IMG/VR virus record: IMGVR_UViG_3300048041_000073
Location: 1 to 50,714 of that record
Reading direction: 5' to 3' (one strand)
DNA from: a virus
Lineage: Duplodnaviria > Caudoviricetes
Length of the DNA: 50,714 nt
Shown: piece after piece, positions 19,406 through 28,066 of the stretch
Layout: each line of letters starts with the position of its first letter
How positions within the stretch are numbered: the first letter of the stretch is position 1
The notes under the pieces: model-generated
What the model was told of the DNA's origin: nothing
Seen by the model: only the letters and a program-made list of their open reading frames with translations
The model's database searches: none
Made by a program: the position numbers and the translations under genes

Positions 19406-19951
19406 CTAAAATTTATTTTCATCCACACTTAACTCTTTTTTATTTTTTGCGTCATCATTTAATAGTTTAATTGTATGTATAGCTTCATCTATATCTATAA
19501 AATCGTAATCTTCACCTATCGTGAATCTATATTTAATTTCATTACCTTCTAAATTAAAACCAGGGTTAAAGCCTATTGATGTAGCGTATCTATATAGAGG
19601 GTCTAATAACATTGGATCAGTGATTTGCGGTTGTGATGGTCCACGATCTTCAATTGCCTTGGCTAAAGCTTTTTGTCTCTCAGGTGAATTTTTGAAATCT
19701 TCTAATGCTCGCTTAATATTAGGTTTTGTGGCATTTTTAATTTCTTCAGCAATACGTATATATCTTAAAAGAAAAGACATGCGATTTAAATAATATCCAG
19801 TTTCTTTAGGGGTCTCAAATGTTTTGCCAACAAACATCTCTAAATTTTTAGTTTCAGGATAAGACTCTATCTTTTTAAAAAAAGAATGGTCTTCACCTGA
19901 TACATCATATTTTAAAAAATATTGCTCTAGATCAAATGTATCTGTTGTCAT
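19406..19951 (-). CDS. Hypothetical protein
   Basis: 181 aa with AAAGGAAA RBS just after tRNA-Asn. Confidence 0.7.
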   Translation of the reverse strand: MTTDTFDLEQYFLKYDVSGEDHSFFKKIESYPETKNLEMFVGKTFETPKETGYYLNRMSFLLRYIRIAEEIKNATKPNIKRALEDFKNSPERQKALAKAIEDRGPSQPQITDPMLLDPLYRYATSIGFNPGFNLEGNEIKYRFTIGEDYDFIDIDEAIHTIKLLNDDAKNKKELSVDENKF

Positions 19952-19970
19952 GTAGTATTTCCTTTATAAG

Positions 19971-20046
19971 TGGCTCCCCAAGACGGACTCGAACCGCCGA
20001 CCTAGTGATTAACAGTCACGCGCTCTACCAACTGAGCTATTGGGGA
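19971..20046 (-). tRNA. tRNA-Asn(GUU)
   Basis: TCCCCAA TAGCTCAGTTGGTAGAGC ... GTGA-CTGTTAA-TCAC ... GGTTCGAGTCC ... TTGGGGA G CCA; 76 nt canonical cloverleaf. Confidence 0.95.
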
Positions 20047-20106
20047 ATATTTATTAATCTTTACTCAGCTTTAAAAATATTTTAACAAAGCATATATATT
20101 ATTTTC

Positions 20107-20562
20107 TCAAAGCTCCACTATCTTAATAGGATAAAGTGCCTCTACCATTTTCTTTTTCATAATATATGTCTGGGTTTTCTTGCCTTTAACATCTTCTATC
20201 CCAATACTCCCATTTTTCCAAACCACATAAAAGTCACATAAATATTTAACATTACCAGGAAGGTGAAAGGGGACTTGTCGTAAGAAATACTGAACTTCTC
20301 CACATTGTTTTAATACCTTAAGTTCACAATATCGCTTAGATTCTTTCTTAGAGGCAAATGATATGCCATCAGTCATGGTACGTATATTACGATATTTAAG
20401 CATTGTTTTATATTGATCCTTAGCTACTCGACTACCTATATATTTACCAACAATTGCATGTTCTTTATTATATGCTTCTTGCGAGTGTGAATGTTGATAA
20501 CCTGAGTTAAATGCACAAAGATGTTCATCATGTTGCGACATTATTATACTATCGTAGTTCAT
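20107..20562 (-). CDS. DUF1064-family PD-(D/E)xK endonuclease
   Basis: KYRN...DGISFASKKESKRY...RQVPF...YLCDF...IEDVKGKKTQTYIMKKK. Confidence 0.85.
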   Translation of the reverse strand: MNYDSIIMSQHDEHLCAFNSGYQHSHSQEAYNKEHAIVGKYIGSRVAKDQYKTMLKYRNIRTMTDGISFASKKESKRYCELKVLKQCGEVQYFLRQVPFHLPGNVKYLCDFYVVWKNGSIGIEDVKGKKTQTYIMKKKMVEALYPIKIVEL

Positions 20563-20566
20563 TTAA

Positions 20567-20650
20567 TTAATCCTCTAAAATCCAGTTCATACAATACAAA
20601 AATATACCACAACCCATTATAATCAATATTGTATCTATAAATTTATCCAT
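20567..20650 (-). CDS. Small hydrophobic peptide (27 aa)
   Basis: MDKFIDTILIIMGCGIFLYCMNWILED; overlaps the upstream stop, and its 3' end supplies the GAGGA RBS of the next gene. Confidence 0.4.
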   Translation of the reverse strand: MDKFIDTILIIMGCGIFLYCMNWILED

Positions 20651-20726
20651 GGATGTTGCCTGTTAAATCTAGACAATCTTTTAATATGTATTGTAAGTCT
20701 GGTGATAGTTTATCAATGGTTGTCAT
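20643..20726 (-). CDS. Small hypothetical peptide (27 aa)
   Basis: AAGGA RBS; MTTIDKLSPDLQYILKDCLDLTGNIHG. Confidence 0.35.
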   Translation of the reverse strand: MTTIDKLSPDLQYILKDCLDLTGNIHG

Positions 20727-20766
20727 ACTGTTAGGTCCTTCTCATATTTATCGAGTAAGAAATGTA

Positions 20767-20994
20767 TCAAAATAATTCTTCAATCAATTTATTAATTCTC
20801 TCAAACCTTAATTGCTTAACTTCTCGATTCGTATGAAATCTTCTAATATCATTTAAAAGGTTTAAGGAATTTTTAAGCATATCTTCATAATTAGTAACGG
20901 TTAAAGTATTATTATTTCTAACAATTTCATTATAATTATTTTCTAATTCTTCCAATGTAGAGACTACATACTGGATGATTTCTTCATCAGTCAT
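20767..20994 (-). CDS. Hypothetical protein
   Basis: 75 aa helical ORF. Confidence 0.55.
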   Translation of the reverse strand: MTDEEIIQYVVSTLEELENNYNEIVRNNNTLTVTNYEDMLKNSLNLLNDIRRFHTNREVKQLRFERINKLIEELF

Positions 20995-21190
20995 TCTATT
21001 TCTTTCTATATTATGTTAATATTAGATACTTTTATAAAAGGATTAATCAAATGGCATTTGATAAGCTTGCATTAATTTTGTCACTCATATTTATCTGTAC
21101 TTTAATTGTTAACTGTTCATTGGTTAAAGTTAAAGTTCATGTTAATAGAAAGTCACAGGGTATCGAAATGTCTACCGATCTTTGTTTTCC

Positions 21191-21604
21191 TTAATAAAAT
21201 TTTCTATGTGCAGATTTTTTTGTTCTTCTGTGGATTTCATTAAGCTCTTTCTCTATATGAAAAGTATTGTTGTTAACAATCTCCCCCATTGTATTAAGGC
21301 TAGAAATCACATCATCAATGTCAACACTCAAGTCATTTAATTGATCTTGTTTTGAGGTGTCCAGCTCATTCAGAGCATTAATTGCCTCTAAAATATCGTT
21401 TACCTCAAGAGTTAACGCCTCAGTTTCAGAAAAAATACAATTTTTAGGTTCACAACGTTTAATCAAAGTATCGATCGTTCTTTGTTGCACGTTCACCTGC
21501 TTTTGAAGCTCAGTAACAGCATCAGAGTTTTTCTTTAGAGAGCTTTTAATCAAAGTCACTAAATCGATTATTCCGTCCAGATCATTACTACCTTCGTTAT
21601 ACAT
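21191..21604 (-). CDS. Coiled-coil hypothetical protein
   Basis: Start MYNEG with AAAGGAAAA RBS; heptad periodicity. Confidence 0.6.
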   Translation of the reverse strand: MYNEGSNDLDGIIDLVTLIKSSLKKNSDAVTELQKQVNVQQRTIDTLIKRCEPKNCIFSETEALTLEVNDILEAINALNELDTSKQDQLNDLSVDIDDVISSLNTMGEIVNNNTFHIEKELNEIHRRTKKSAHRKFY

Positions 21605-21627
21605 TTTATTTTCCTTTAACTTATTAA

Positions 21628-21828
21628 TTAACATGTAACATTCATTGTTGAGGGAGATACTTGTGGCTTATCACGCTCAATTTTAGTCTCAATTGTCTTA
21701 ACCAATTCATCTATACGTTTATTCACATTCCGTATGGTTTCCTCAAAAGAACGACTATCAGAGACTGGCGTTACCGCTGCCGTTACTTCCTCTAGGTTTG
21801 TTGTTTCTTTTTCTTTAGTTTTCTTCAT
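21628..21828 (-). CDS. Hypothetical protein
   Basis: 66 aa with GGAG RBS. Confidence 0.55.
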   Translation of the reverse strand: MKKTKEKETTNLEEVTAAVTPVSDSRSFEETIRNVNKRIDELVKTIETKIERDKPQVSPSTMNVTC

Positions 21829-21854
21829 TTTATTATTACTCCAAATGAATATAA

Positions 21855-22037
21855 TTAATGTCGTATCTTTGCATAAACTGCATCCTCAAACTTCTTTGCA
21901 AACGATGGATTAATCCCAAAATACTCAACGACTTGCGGATTGCCTTTAAGTGCCTCTAAAAGGTCTATACGCTTTACAACATCTAGCAAAGGGAGCGTTT
22001 CTAAATACGTTTGTAATGTTTTGCCTATATCATCCAT
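21855..22037 (-). CDS. Hypothetical protein
   Basis: 60 aa overlapping the upstream stop; GGGAG RBS. Confidence 0.55.
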   Translation of the reverse strand: MDDIGKTLQTYLETLPLLDVVKRIDLLEALKGNPQVVEYFGINPSFAKKFEDAVYAKIRH

Positions 22038-22539
22038 TGTTTGGCTCCCGCCTTAAAACTACTTCCATATGCTCTTTATATTTCATCATCAAATCTTCAT
22101 CTGAAACAATTATACCATTAGCAATGTTGTCAATCATTGTCATCAAATCTTTTGCGTGCTCTGTTCCTATGTCGCCATCACATACTGCCTTGAATGTATC
22201 TCTACGCGCTATTTCACAATCAGCTAATGTTACAATTTGACGTGTTAAAAGTATCGCATTCGCGGTGAGTTTTTCCTTAGGATAAAATCTATCCATAAAA
22301 AACATGATAGCTTGCATATTACCCTCTTTAGCCTTCTGAACTAACACAGAGAATATAATGCTATTATTTTCAGCCCCTAATCTATTAGCCAATGCCGCTA
22401 CAGGAGTGATTTTGCTCCCCTTTCTAAGCATAGGCATAATCTCGCCTTCGATTACACTGTCTGTGTTAATCTTCTCCTCTATATAGTCGAATTTTTCTTT
22501 ACAAACCTTTTTCTTTGCCACGCTAGATTCTACATTCAT
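22030..22539 (-). CDS. Putative terminase small subunit (DUF5681-like helical protein)
   Basis: LVQKAKEGNMQAIMFFMDRFYP...AVCDGDIGTEHA pattern; first gene of the late strand. Confidence 0.5.
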   Translation of the reverse strand: MNVESSVAKKKVCKEKFDYIEEKINTDSVIEGEIMPMLRKGSKITPVAALANRLGAENNSIIFSVLVQKAKEGNMQAIMFFMDRFYPKEKLTANAILLTRQIVTLADCEIARRDTFKAVCDGDIGTEHAKDLMTMIDNIANGIIVSDEDLMMKYKEHMEVVLRREPNNG

Positions 22540-22694
22540 CCCGAATATATTGCATATGTTCGCATTTTAAGCGCAAAAACTATAAATTTTCAACTTTATT
22601 TTTTATAAAAGTTTTTATATATCTCATCACATAGAGATTGATAAAAACATTTAACTTACCAAATAAAAAGTTATAAATTTATTGCCAATTTTTA

Positions 22695-22723
22695 TAGACA
22701 AAAATAATTTACAATTTTATATT
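22695..22723 (+). promoter_or_regulatory. Putative sigma70 early promoter in the divergent intergenic region
   Basis: TAGACA-N17-TATATT, ~35 nt before the first plus-strand gene. Confidence 0.5.
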
Positions 22724-22757
22724 AAAGACGACAAAACAATTTTAAGGAAATAATAAA

Positions 22758-23042
22758 ATGAAACTTACATCCCAAACACCAGATGAAAAAATAATGGAAC
22801 CTATTTTGGATCTCTTAGCAGAAGCCGCTTTGTTATTCTCTGATGTCCTGCTTAATAATACTGAAATTTACACAGGTATTAAACAAAACGAAAGTATTAT
22901 TAAATTCATAGATAAAAAAGCTAAAGAATTAGCGTACTGTTTCAAATATCTTTTAAATAAAGAAGTAGACATAACAAAAGATTGCATAAAAAAAGCTTTT
23001 TCATCGCCTGAATTTACATACAAAACCCGCATAAACTTATAA
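22758..23042 (+). CDS. Hypothetical early protein
   Basis: TAAGGAAA RBS, 94 aa. Confidence 0.65.
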   Translation: MKLTSQTPDEKIMEPILDLLAEAALLFSDVLLNNTEIYTGIKQNESIIKFIDKKAKELAYCFKYLLNKEVDITKDCIKKAFSSPEFTYKTRINL

Positions 23043-23072
23043 TTACAAATAACAAACTAAGGAAACAATAAA

Positions 23073-23279
23073 ATGACAAACGAAATACAACCGCACCCCT
23101 TAAACCTTAACGTAAATATTACGACAGATTTAGAGCGTATTCTTATTAGCGCTCTCATAGAGATACATAATCGTTTGAAAGAAGAATGTTCTCAAACATC
23201 TTCTACTTGGAACTCAAACCAAATATTTAAAATGTGTGCCAACACTCTTAAAATCCTTAACATTCAGCCAGGGGAATAA
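23073..23279 (+). CDS. Hypothetical early protein
   Basis: TAAGGAAA RBS, 68 aa. Confidence 0.6.
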   Translation: MTNEIQPHPLNLNVNITTDLERILISALIEIHNRLKEECSQTSSTWNSNQIFKMCANTLKILNIQPGE

Positions 23280-23284
23280 TTATT

Positions 23285-23596
23285 ATGATGGAAATGATAA
23301 TGAAAACAGAACGTTATTCACGCCCTCTTACACCCAGACATTTTTTAGCCTGTAAAGATATGAGTGAATTAGCGGAATTAATACATTTTATCGCTTATAC
23401 GCCCCATTTTCTCGCTCAGGAGAGGCAAAAGGAGATTGACTGGCTTATATTAAGATCAAATCAAATAACACCACCTGAGCCTTGCCCAATAAGCCATGAG
23501 CTACAATTTGAGTTGTTTGAGCACATGACTGAATTAGCTACAATTATGCATACTAGAATGGCTGAGATGAATCCAATTAACGGGAAGGAAAAATAA
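23285..23596 (+). CDS. Hypothetical early protein
   Basis: GGGGA RBS, operon packing. Confidence 0.6.
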   Translation: MMEMIMKTERYSRPLTPRHFLACKDMSELAELIHFIAYTPHFLAQERQKEIDWLILRSNQITPPEPCPISHELQFELFEHMTELATIMHTRMAEMNPINGKEK

Positions 23597-23598
23597 AA

Positions 23599-23835
23599 AT
23601 GACTAATAAAAAAATTATGAGCATGTTAGATATGTTGTCCCCCTCAGAAACAACAAAATACTTAAAATGTTTATGCTCAGTTAAAAATATTATTGATTCC
23701 TATCTTAGTGATAATCAAAACATAATTTCGCTTGCGAATTCTTATGAAGTCAAGAGAAGAATCCTAAGGCTTGTGAGTAATGATTTATCTTTAGTGGTAT
23801 TTTCCAAAAACGATACAACCACAGAGGGACAATAA
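23599..23835 (+). CDS. Hypothetical early protein
   Basis: AAGGA RBS, operon packing. Confidence 0.6.
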   Translation: MTNKKIMSMLDMLSPSETTKYLKCLCSVKNIIDSYLSDNQNIISLANSYEVKRRILRLVSNDLSLVVFSKNDTTTEGQ

Positions 23836-23836
23836 A

Positions 23837-24082
23837 ATGGCCACTCAAAATACAGCTAGATTAAATCTAGCTTTAGGCTCTCTTTCCAGAGAATTTGAAG
23901 ATGAAATAGATAGATCTTATTTCTCAGAAAAAGGGGAAGATTGTGAGGGTAGATTATATGATTTTAAATCATTCTTTCAAACCTACCTAATAGAACAATT
24001 AGACTATTTGTTTATTCCTATTATTGAAGATCATTTAAGACGTTTAGAAAACAGTCATCGTGAATATGAAAAGGAAGATTAA
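23837..24082 (+). CDS. Hypothetical acidic protein
   Basis: GAGGGA RBS, operon packing. Confidence 0.6.
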   Translation: MATQNTARLNLALGSLSREFEDEIDRSYFSEKGEDCEGRLYDFKSFFQTYLIEQLDYLFIPIIEDHLRRLENSHREYEKED

Positions 24083-24084
24083 TC

Positions 24085-24336
24085 ATGTCGAATATTGAGA
24101 ATACTTTAGACAAAGAAAATGAAAAAATCAAAGAAGCAGCTTTAAATATTTTAATTAATGAGCAGTTCAAAGAAATTGCCATTATGAATAATGAGCGTAT
24201 TGTTCGCCTTGAATTATACAAGGCCCTTGCTTTTAGCCCATTAGCACAGCAAATTAATGCAAAAAAATTTGATTTTGAGAGTTTTTTATGTGACTTGGCT
24301 AGTAAAATTATTAAAAGATTGGATGAAAAATGTTAA
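24085..24336 (+). CDS. Hypothetical protein
   Basis: AAGGAAG RBS, operon packing. Confidence 0.6.
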   Translation: MSNIENTLDKENEKIKEAALNILINEQFKEIAIMNNERIVRLELYKALAFSPLAQQINAKKFDFESFLCDLASKIIKRLDEKC

Positions 24337-24530
24337 TACTCATTGCTTCTTTTTTTATATATGGTGTCTTGTTTGGCGTTCTCATTTCCTCTTGTTACTT
24401 TGCTAGGAAAATTGGCAATGCTCGAAAAGAAAAGATAATCTCTGGCCTTAAACGAATTGATGATTGCTTGGAACGATTGGAAGAAGACCCTGAAAACTTA
24501 GTGCCCTTAAACTTTATAAAAGTTAGGTGA
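24330..24530 (+). CDS. Small membrane protein
   Basis: N-terminal hydrophobic helix followed by a charged tail. Confidence 0.55.
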   Translation: MLILIASFFIYGVLFGVLISSCYFARKIGNARKEKIISGLKRIDDCLERLEEDPENLVPLNFIKVR

Positions 24531-24565
24531 TAAAATGATAACAGTTAAATCAATTAAAATGATTC

Positions 24566-24841
24566 GTGATGTTGAAAAAAATCGGTGAAAGAGTTTTTCA
24601 TACGGCTCTAACCGTGAAACTAGAGAGATGTGATAAAACATTAATTTATTTAGGAATTGCTATAAATTATCATAGTGAAATTATACTAGATTCCGTAAGA
24701 ACAACGAGCGACACTTTATTGAATGATGAAGAAAAAGCAGGCGTCGAAAACTTATTAAAAAATAAGCTTCCGATGCTTATCAATGCATGGAGAGCTTTAC
24801 AACAAATAACCCCAGATGAATTAAAATTCATTTTAGCTTAA
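24566..24841 (+). CDS. Hypothetical protein
   Basis: 91 aa ORF; start uncertain. Confidence 0.55.
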   Translation: MMLKKIGERVFHTALTVKLERCDKTLIYLGIAINYHSEIILDSVRTTSDTLLNDEEKAGVENLLKNKLPMLINAWRALQQITPDELKFILA

Positions 24842-24852
24842 GGAAACAATCA

Positions 24853-25794
24853 ATGATAACACCTCAACAAAAAGAAGAAAGACGTAAAGGCATAGGCGGT
24901 AGCGATGTAGCAGCAATCTTTGGCTTTACCAAAAAATACAAAACACCTCTCCAAGTTTATCTTGATAAATTAGGATTGTCTGAGGATGAAAACGAGACGA
25001 ACATCGCCGCCGAAGAGGGAACGTATTTAGAGCCTTTAGTGTTAGACCTCTTTGAAAAAGCTATGAATACAAAACTTGTTCTTAGAGATAATGTACCGAC
25101 ATTAATCGATTCAGAGTTTCCCTATATGCGAGCAAACATAGACGGTTTAATGTCTGACGGCTCTATTGTAGAGGCTAAAACTGTAACTTGTTATAATCGT
25201 AAGAAATGGGGCGAACCTATGACGGGTGAAATTCCTATTAAGGTAGCTTACCAATGCGCTTACTACACCTCTATTTATAAGGCTACGCAGGTTTATATAC
25301 CCGTTCTCTTTAGAGGTAGCTCAGAGTTTCAAATATACGTGTATACGCCTAATTATGCGTTTGAGAAAGCCATTAGAGAAAGAGTTACGGATTTTTGGGA
25401 AAATCATATTTTAAAACAGATCCCCCCGCAACCGCTTAACTACGATGATTTGCTTGTTTTAAACCCTTGCATCTCAGAAGATAGTAGCGTTGGATTAGGG
25501 GAAACTGTGCGCGATCATTTTGATAGATTCGTCTCATTAAAAGCTCAAATAAAAGAATTAGAAAATGAGATGGAAGACCATAAATTTGAAATTGAAAAAT
25601 TCATGAGTGATCGCGAGTTTTTACTTGATGAAAAGGGCGAAAGAATAGCTAGTTTTAAATATAATACAGATTCATTTAGACTTGATACCGCAGCGCTTAA
25701 AAAGAACGACCCAATTATTTATAACCTCTACAAAAAACCATCAAAACCCACTCGTGTTTTTAAACTATTAAACCAAGGAAAGAAAAATGACTGA
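24853..25794 (+). CDS. YqaJ-family (lambda-exo-like) recombination exonuclease
   Basis: RRKGIGGSDVAAIFG...TPLQVYLDKLG...GTYLEP...PYMRANIDG...VEAKT...YQCAYY. Confidence 0.92.
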   Translation: MITPQQKEERRKGIGGSDVAAIFGFTKKYKTPLQVYLDKLGLSEDENETNIAAEEGTYLEPLVLDLFEKAMNTKLVLRDNVPTLIDSEFPYMRANIDGLMSDGSIVEAKTVTCYNRKKWGEPMTGEIPIKVAYQCAYYTSIYKATQVYIPVLFRGSSEFQIYVYTPNYAFEKAIRERVTDFWENHILKQIPPQPLNYDDLLVLNPCISEDSSVGLGETVRDHFDRFVSLKAQIKELENEMEDHKFEIEKFMSDREFLLDEKGERIASFKYNTDSFRLDTAALKKNDPIIYNLYKKPSKPTRVFKLLNQGKKND

Positions 25795-26449
25795 GGAAAT
25801 TAAAGAAAAGATGCCTGTCAAAAACATAAGTACGCAACTCCTTTCGTGTAACTTTGACAAAATTGAAAAGGATAGTCTAAACACTCATTTTAAGCAAACT
25901 TATGCAAGTATAGAAAGTATATTTGGTGTGGTTATGCCAGAGTTAAAGAGAAATGGAATCCTTTTTAGCTGCGCGATGGATCCTAGCGCTCTAGATGTGT
26001 TGATAATGACTCTTGAACACATAGAAAGCGGGACGTCCAAATCTACCCCTATAAAACTGTTAAATACGTCCGATATGCAAAAATGGGGTGCTTCCCTCAC
26101 TTACGCGACAAGGCGGGGTATCATGCTCATGCTAGGATTGACCGCAGGTATAGAGCCAGAAATGGACGGCAATGATACATTAGATGAAAAGAAAATTCAG
26201 AGTTCACAGAGTAAACTTCAGCCTCAATATCAGAGTCGCCCTGTCATTGATGTAAAGCAATTTAAAAAAGATCTTTTAGAATTATGGAATCTTAAGAAAG
26301 ATGTAGCACTAGCAATCGACAAAGATAGAGCCGTAAGAGTTAATGATTTTGCTATGCATAACTTTATGAAGCTTAATGAAGATGAAACTCTCATGGAATT
26401 GCCCGTAGATATGTTAGTTTCAATTCAAAAATGGTTAAAAGAACTATAA
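25787..26449 (+). CDS. ERF-family single-strand annealing protein
   Basis: IEKDSLNTHFKQTYASIESI...LEHIESG...QKWGASLTYATRR...DGND. Confidence 0.88.
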   Translation: MTEEIKEKMPVKNISTQLLSCNFDKIEKDSLNTHFKQTYASIESIFGVVMPELKRNGILFSCAMDPSALDVLIMTLEHIESGTSKSTPIKLLNTSDMQKWGASLTYATRRGIMLMLGLTAGIEPEMDGNDTLDEKKIQSSQSKLQPQYQSRPVIDVKQFKKDLLELWNLKKDVALAIDKDRAVRVNDFAMHNFMKLNEDETLMELPVDMLVSIQKWLKEL

Positions 26450-26463
26450 GAAGAAATTAAAAA

Positions 26464-26613
26464 ATGAAAAATCAAGAAAACTCGACTTTAAGCATTCTTC
26501 ATTTTACCCTAGGTGTTTGTTTAGCGTGTTTAATAATGCTGAATTGTAATTTAAAAAACATAAGTGACCGTTTAGAAATTTTAGAAGCATGCTTAAAAAA
26601 AACACGATATTAA
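26464..26613 (+). CDS. Small single-TM protein (49 aa)
   Basis: MKNQENSTLSILHFTLGVCLACLIMLNCNLKNISDRLEILEACLKKTRY; fills the gap. Confidence 0.5.
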   Translation: MKNQENSTLSILHFTLGVCLACLIMLNCNLKNISDRLEILEACLKKTRY

Positions 26614-26633
26614 TATAAAGGAGATTTTTTAAA

Positions 26634-26918
26634 TTGGATAAGACGTTGGAAATTTTTATTAAAGAAATGGTTGAAGCTTGCGAGAAAGATTACCTCGATA
26701 ACATAGACAAAGTTATGGATGTGGTGGATTTTTTAGGGACAACCCTTGCTAAACAAAACATAGAAAACCGTACGGTCATTATGGCATTGATGAACCTCTG
26801 TGTCGGCACAATACTACGGCATGACGTAAGTATAGAAAAATTAGAAATTTTGAGGGATATTCACCTTGATGTTATGAAAAATAGATTTAATTTAGCGATT
26901 GAACTCAAAACACAATGA
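26634..26918 (+). CDS. Hypothetical protein
   Basis: AAGGAG RBS with TTG start. Confidence 0.6.
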   Translation: MDKTLEIFIKEMVEACEKDYLDNIDKVMDVVDFLGTTLAKQNIENRTVIMALMNLCVGTILRHDVSIEKLEILRDIHLDVMKNRFNLAIELKTQ

Positions 26919-27004
26919 TGAATGATGAATTATTTTCAACTTTATTGATATTTATTGGTTCAATATTTATAATACTGTTTATTAATGTTTTTATTAATCA
27001 TTAA
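26915..27004 (+). CDS. Small hydrophobic peptide (29 aa)
   Basis: ATGA overlap with the upstream stop; MMNDELFSTLLIFIGSIFIILFINVFINH. Confidence 0.45.
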   Translation: MMNDELFSTLLIFIGSIFIILFINVFINH

Positions 27005-27018
27005 ATAAGGGATGAATT

Positions 27019-27285
27019 TTGAATAAACTTGTATTTACAGACATGATAAAACAATCTCTCAAAGAGAAAAAAAAACATCCGCCTTATAAGATGAAAAATG
27101 AAGAAATTCGTAACTTAAATGTAAAAATAGGTGAATCCCTTTATGAGAAGATTAAAGCCTTTACCATAAGAAATGATATTAATATTGCACCATTTATACG
27201 CGCTATGGTGGTGGCGATTATAGAACAAGATGAAAAAGAAAGAAGAGAGAAAAAAGCTAAAGATGAAATCAACCCATTACAGTAG
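27019..27285 (+). CDS. Ribbon-helix-helix (Arc/CopG-like) DNA-binding protein
   Basis: RNLNVKIGESLYEKIKAFTIRNDINIAPFIRAMVVAII fits the RHH pattern. Confidence 0.65.
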   Translation: MNKLVFTDMIKQSLKEKKKHPPYKMKNEEIRNLNVKIGESLYEKIKAFTIRNDINIAPFIRAMVVAIIEQDEKERREKKAKDEINPLQ

Positions 27286-27577
27286 ATTAAATCATATTGC
27301 AGATAATATTTTAAAACATTACCAAACTTTATGGTTAGAAAAGTTTAATTCATGTCAATGCAATGACAAGCCTGAAGCATGCCTTAAAATAATTATACGT
27401 GATACTAGAATTGGAAATGAAACTTATCAAAGTTATACAAAGAGCATTTTAAAACCGTTTATTTTAAACCATATTATTGATTATAGCATGGCTTCGAAAG
27501 AACTTTTAGATATCCTTATTAAAAAGCTAATGTATACCCTTAACATACAAGGAAAAATAAATGTCGATATCAATTAA
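27263..27577 (+). CDS. Hypothetical protein
   Basis: Start MKSTHY preferred over 27230. Confidence 0.55.
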   Translation: MKSTHYSRLNHIADNILKHYQTLWLEKFNSCQCNDKPEACLKIIIRDTRIGNETYQSYTKSILKPFILNHIIDYSMASKELLDILIKKLMYTLNIQGKINVDIN

Positions 27578-28016
27578 CGAAGTTGTTTTAATGGGGAATT
27601 TGGGCAGCGACCCAGAAATTAAAGTATTTAAAGACGGAAGTAAGGTTGCAAATTTCAACCTCGCAACCTCTGAAAGTTGGAAAGATAAACAAACAGGTGA
27701 AAAAAAGTCTAAAACCTTTTGGCATCGCATCGTTGTAAAGAATCAAAACCTTATAGATATTATCGAACGATTTGTAGCTAAAGGCTCTAAGATTTACATT
27801 AGAGGCTCATTAGAAACAAGAGAATACGAGGACAATAACAAAGCCAAGCAATATATCACAGAGGTAGTCATGGGCTATTCGGCTGTTTTAAAAATGTTAG
27901 GCTCTAAGAATGAAAATAAAAACGATTTAAATGACTCTGATTTTAATCAAGACAAATCTAACTATAAAAAACAATCCCAAGATTTATCATTTATTGATGA
28001 TGAAGTCCCATTTTAG
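27561..28016 (+). CDS. ssb: Single-stranded DNA-binding protein
   Basis: INEVVLMGNLGSDPE...LATSESWKDKQTGE...WHRIVV...KGSKIYIRGSLETR, acidic DDEVPF tail. Confidence 0.96.
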   Translation: MSISINEVVLMGNLGSDPEIKVFKDGSKVANFNLATSESWKDKQTGEKKSKTFWHRIVVKNQNLIDIIERFVAKGSKIYIRGSLETREYEDNNKAKQYITEVVMGYSAVLKMLGSKNENKNDLNDSDFNQDKSNYKKQSQDLSFIDDEVPF

Positions 28017-28041
28017 AAGGGGGCGTTAACCCTCTCTAAAA
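28011..28041 (+). promoter_or_regulatory. Imperfect hairpin between ssb and the DUF6948-like gene
   Basis: TTTTAGAAGGGG...CCCTCTCTAAAA; no U-tract on the plus strand. Confidence 0.3.
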
Positions 28042-28066
28042 TACAAAACAATGAAAAGGAAAAAAA

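Noticed and set aside
20994-21021. dif-like Xer integration site (TTATGTTAA)
   Set aside because: Only an XerD-like half is present; there is no XerC arm at 6-bp spacing.
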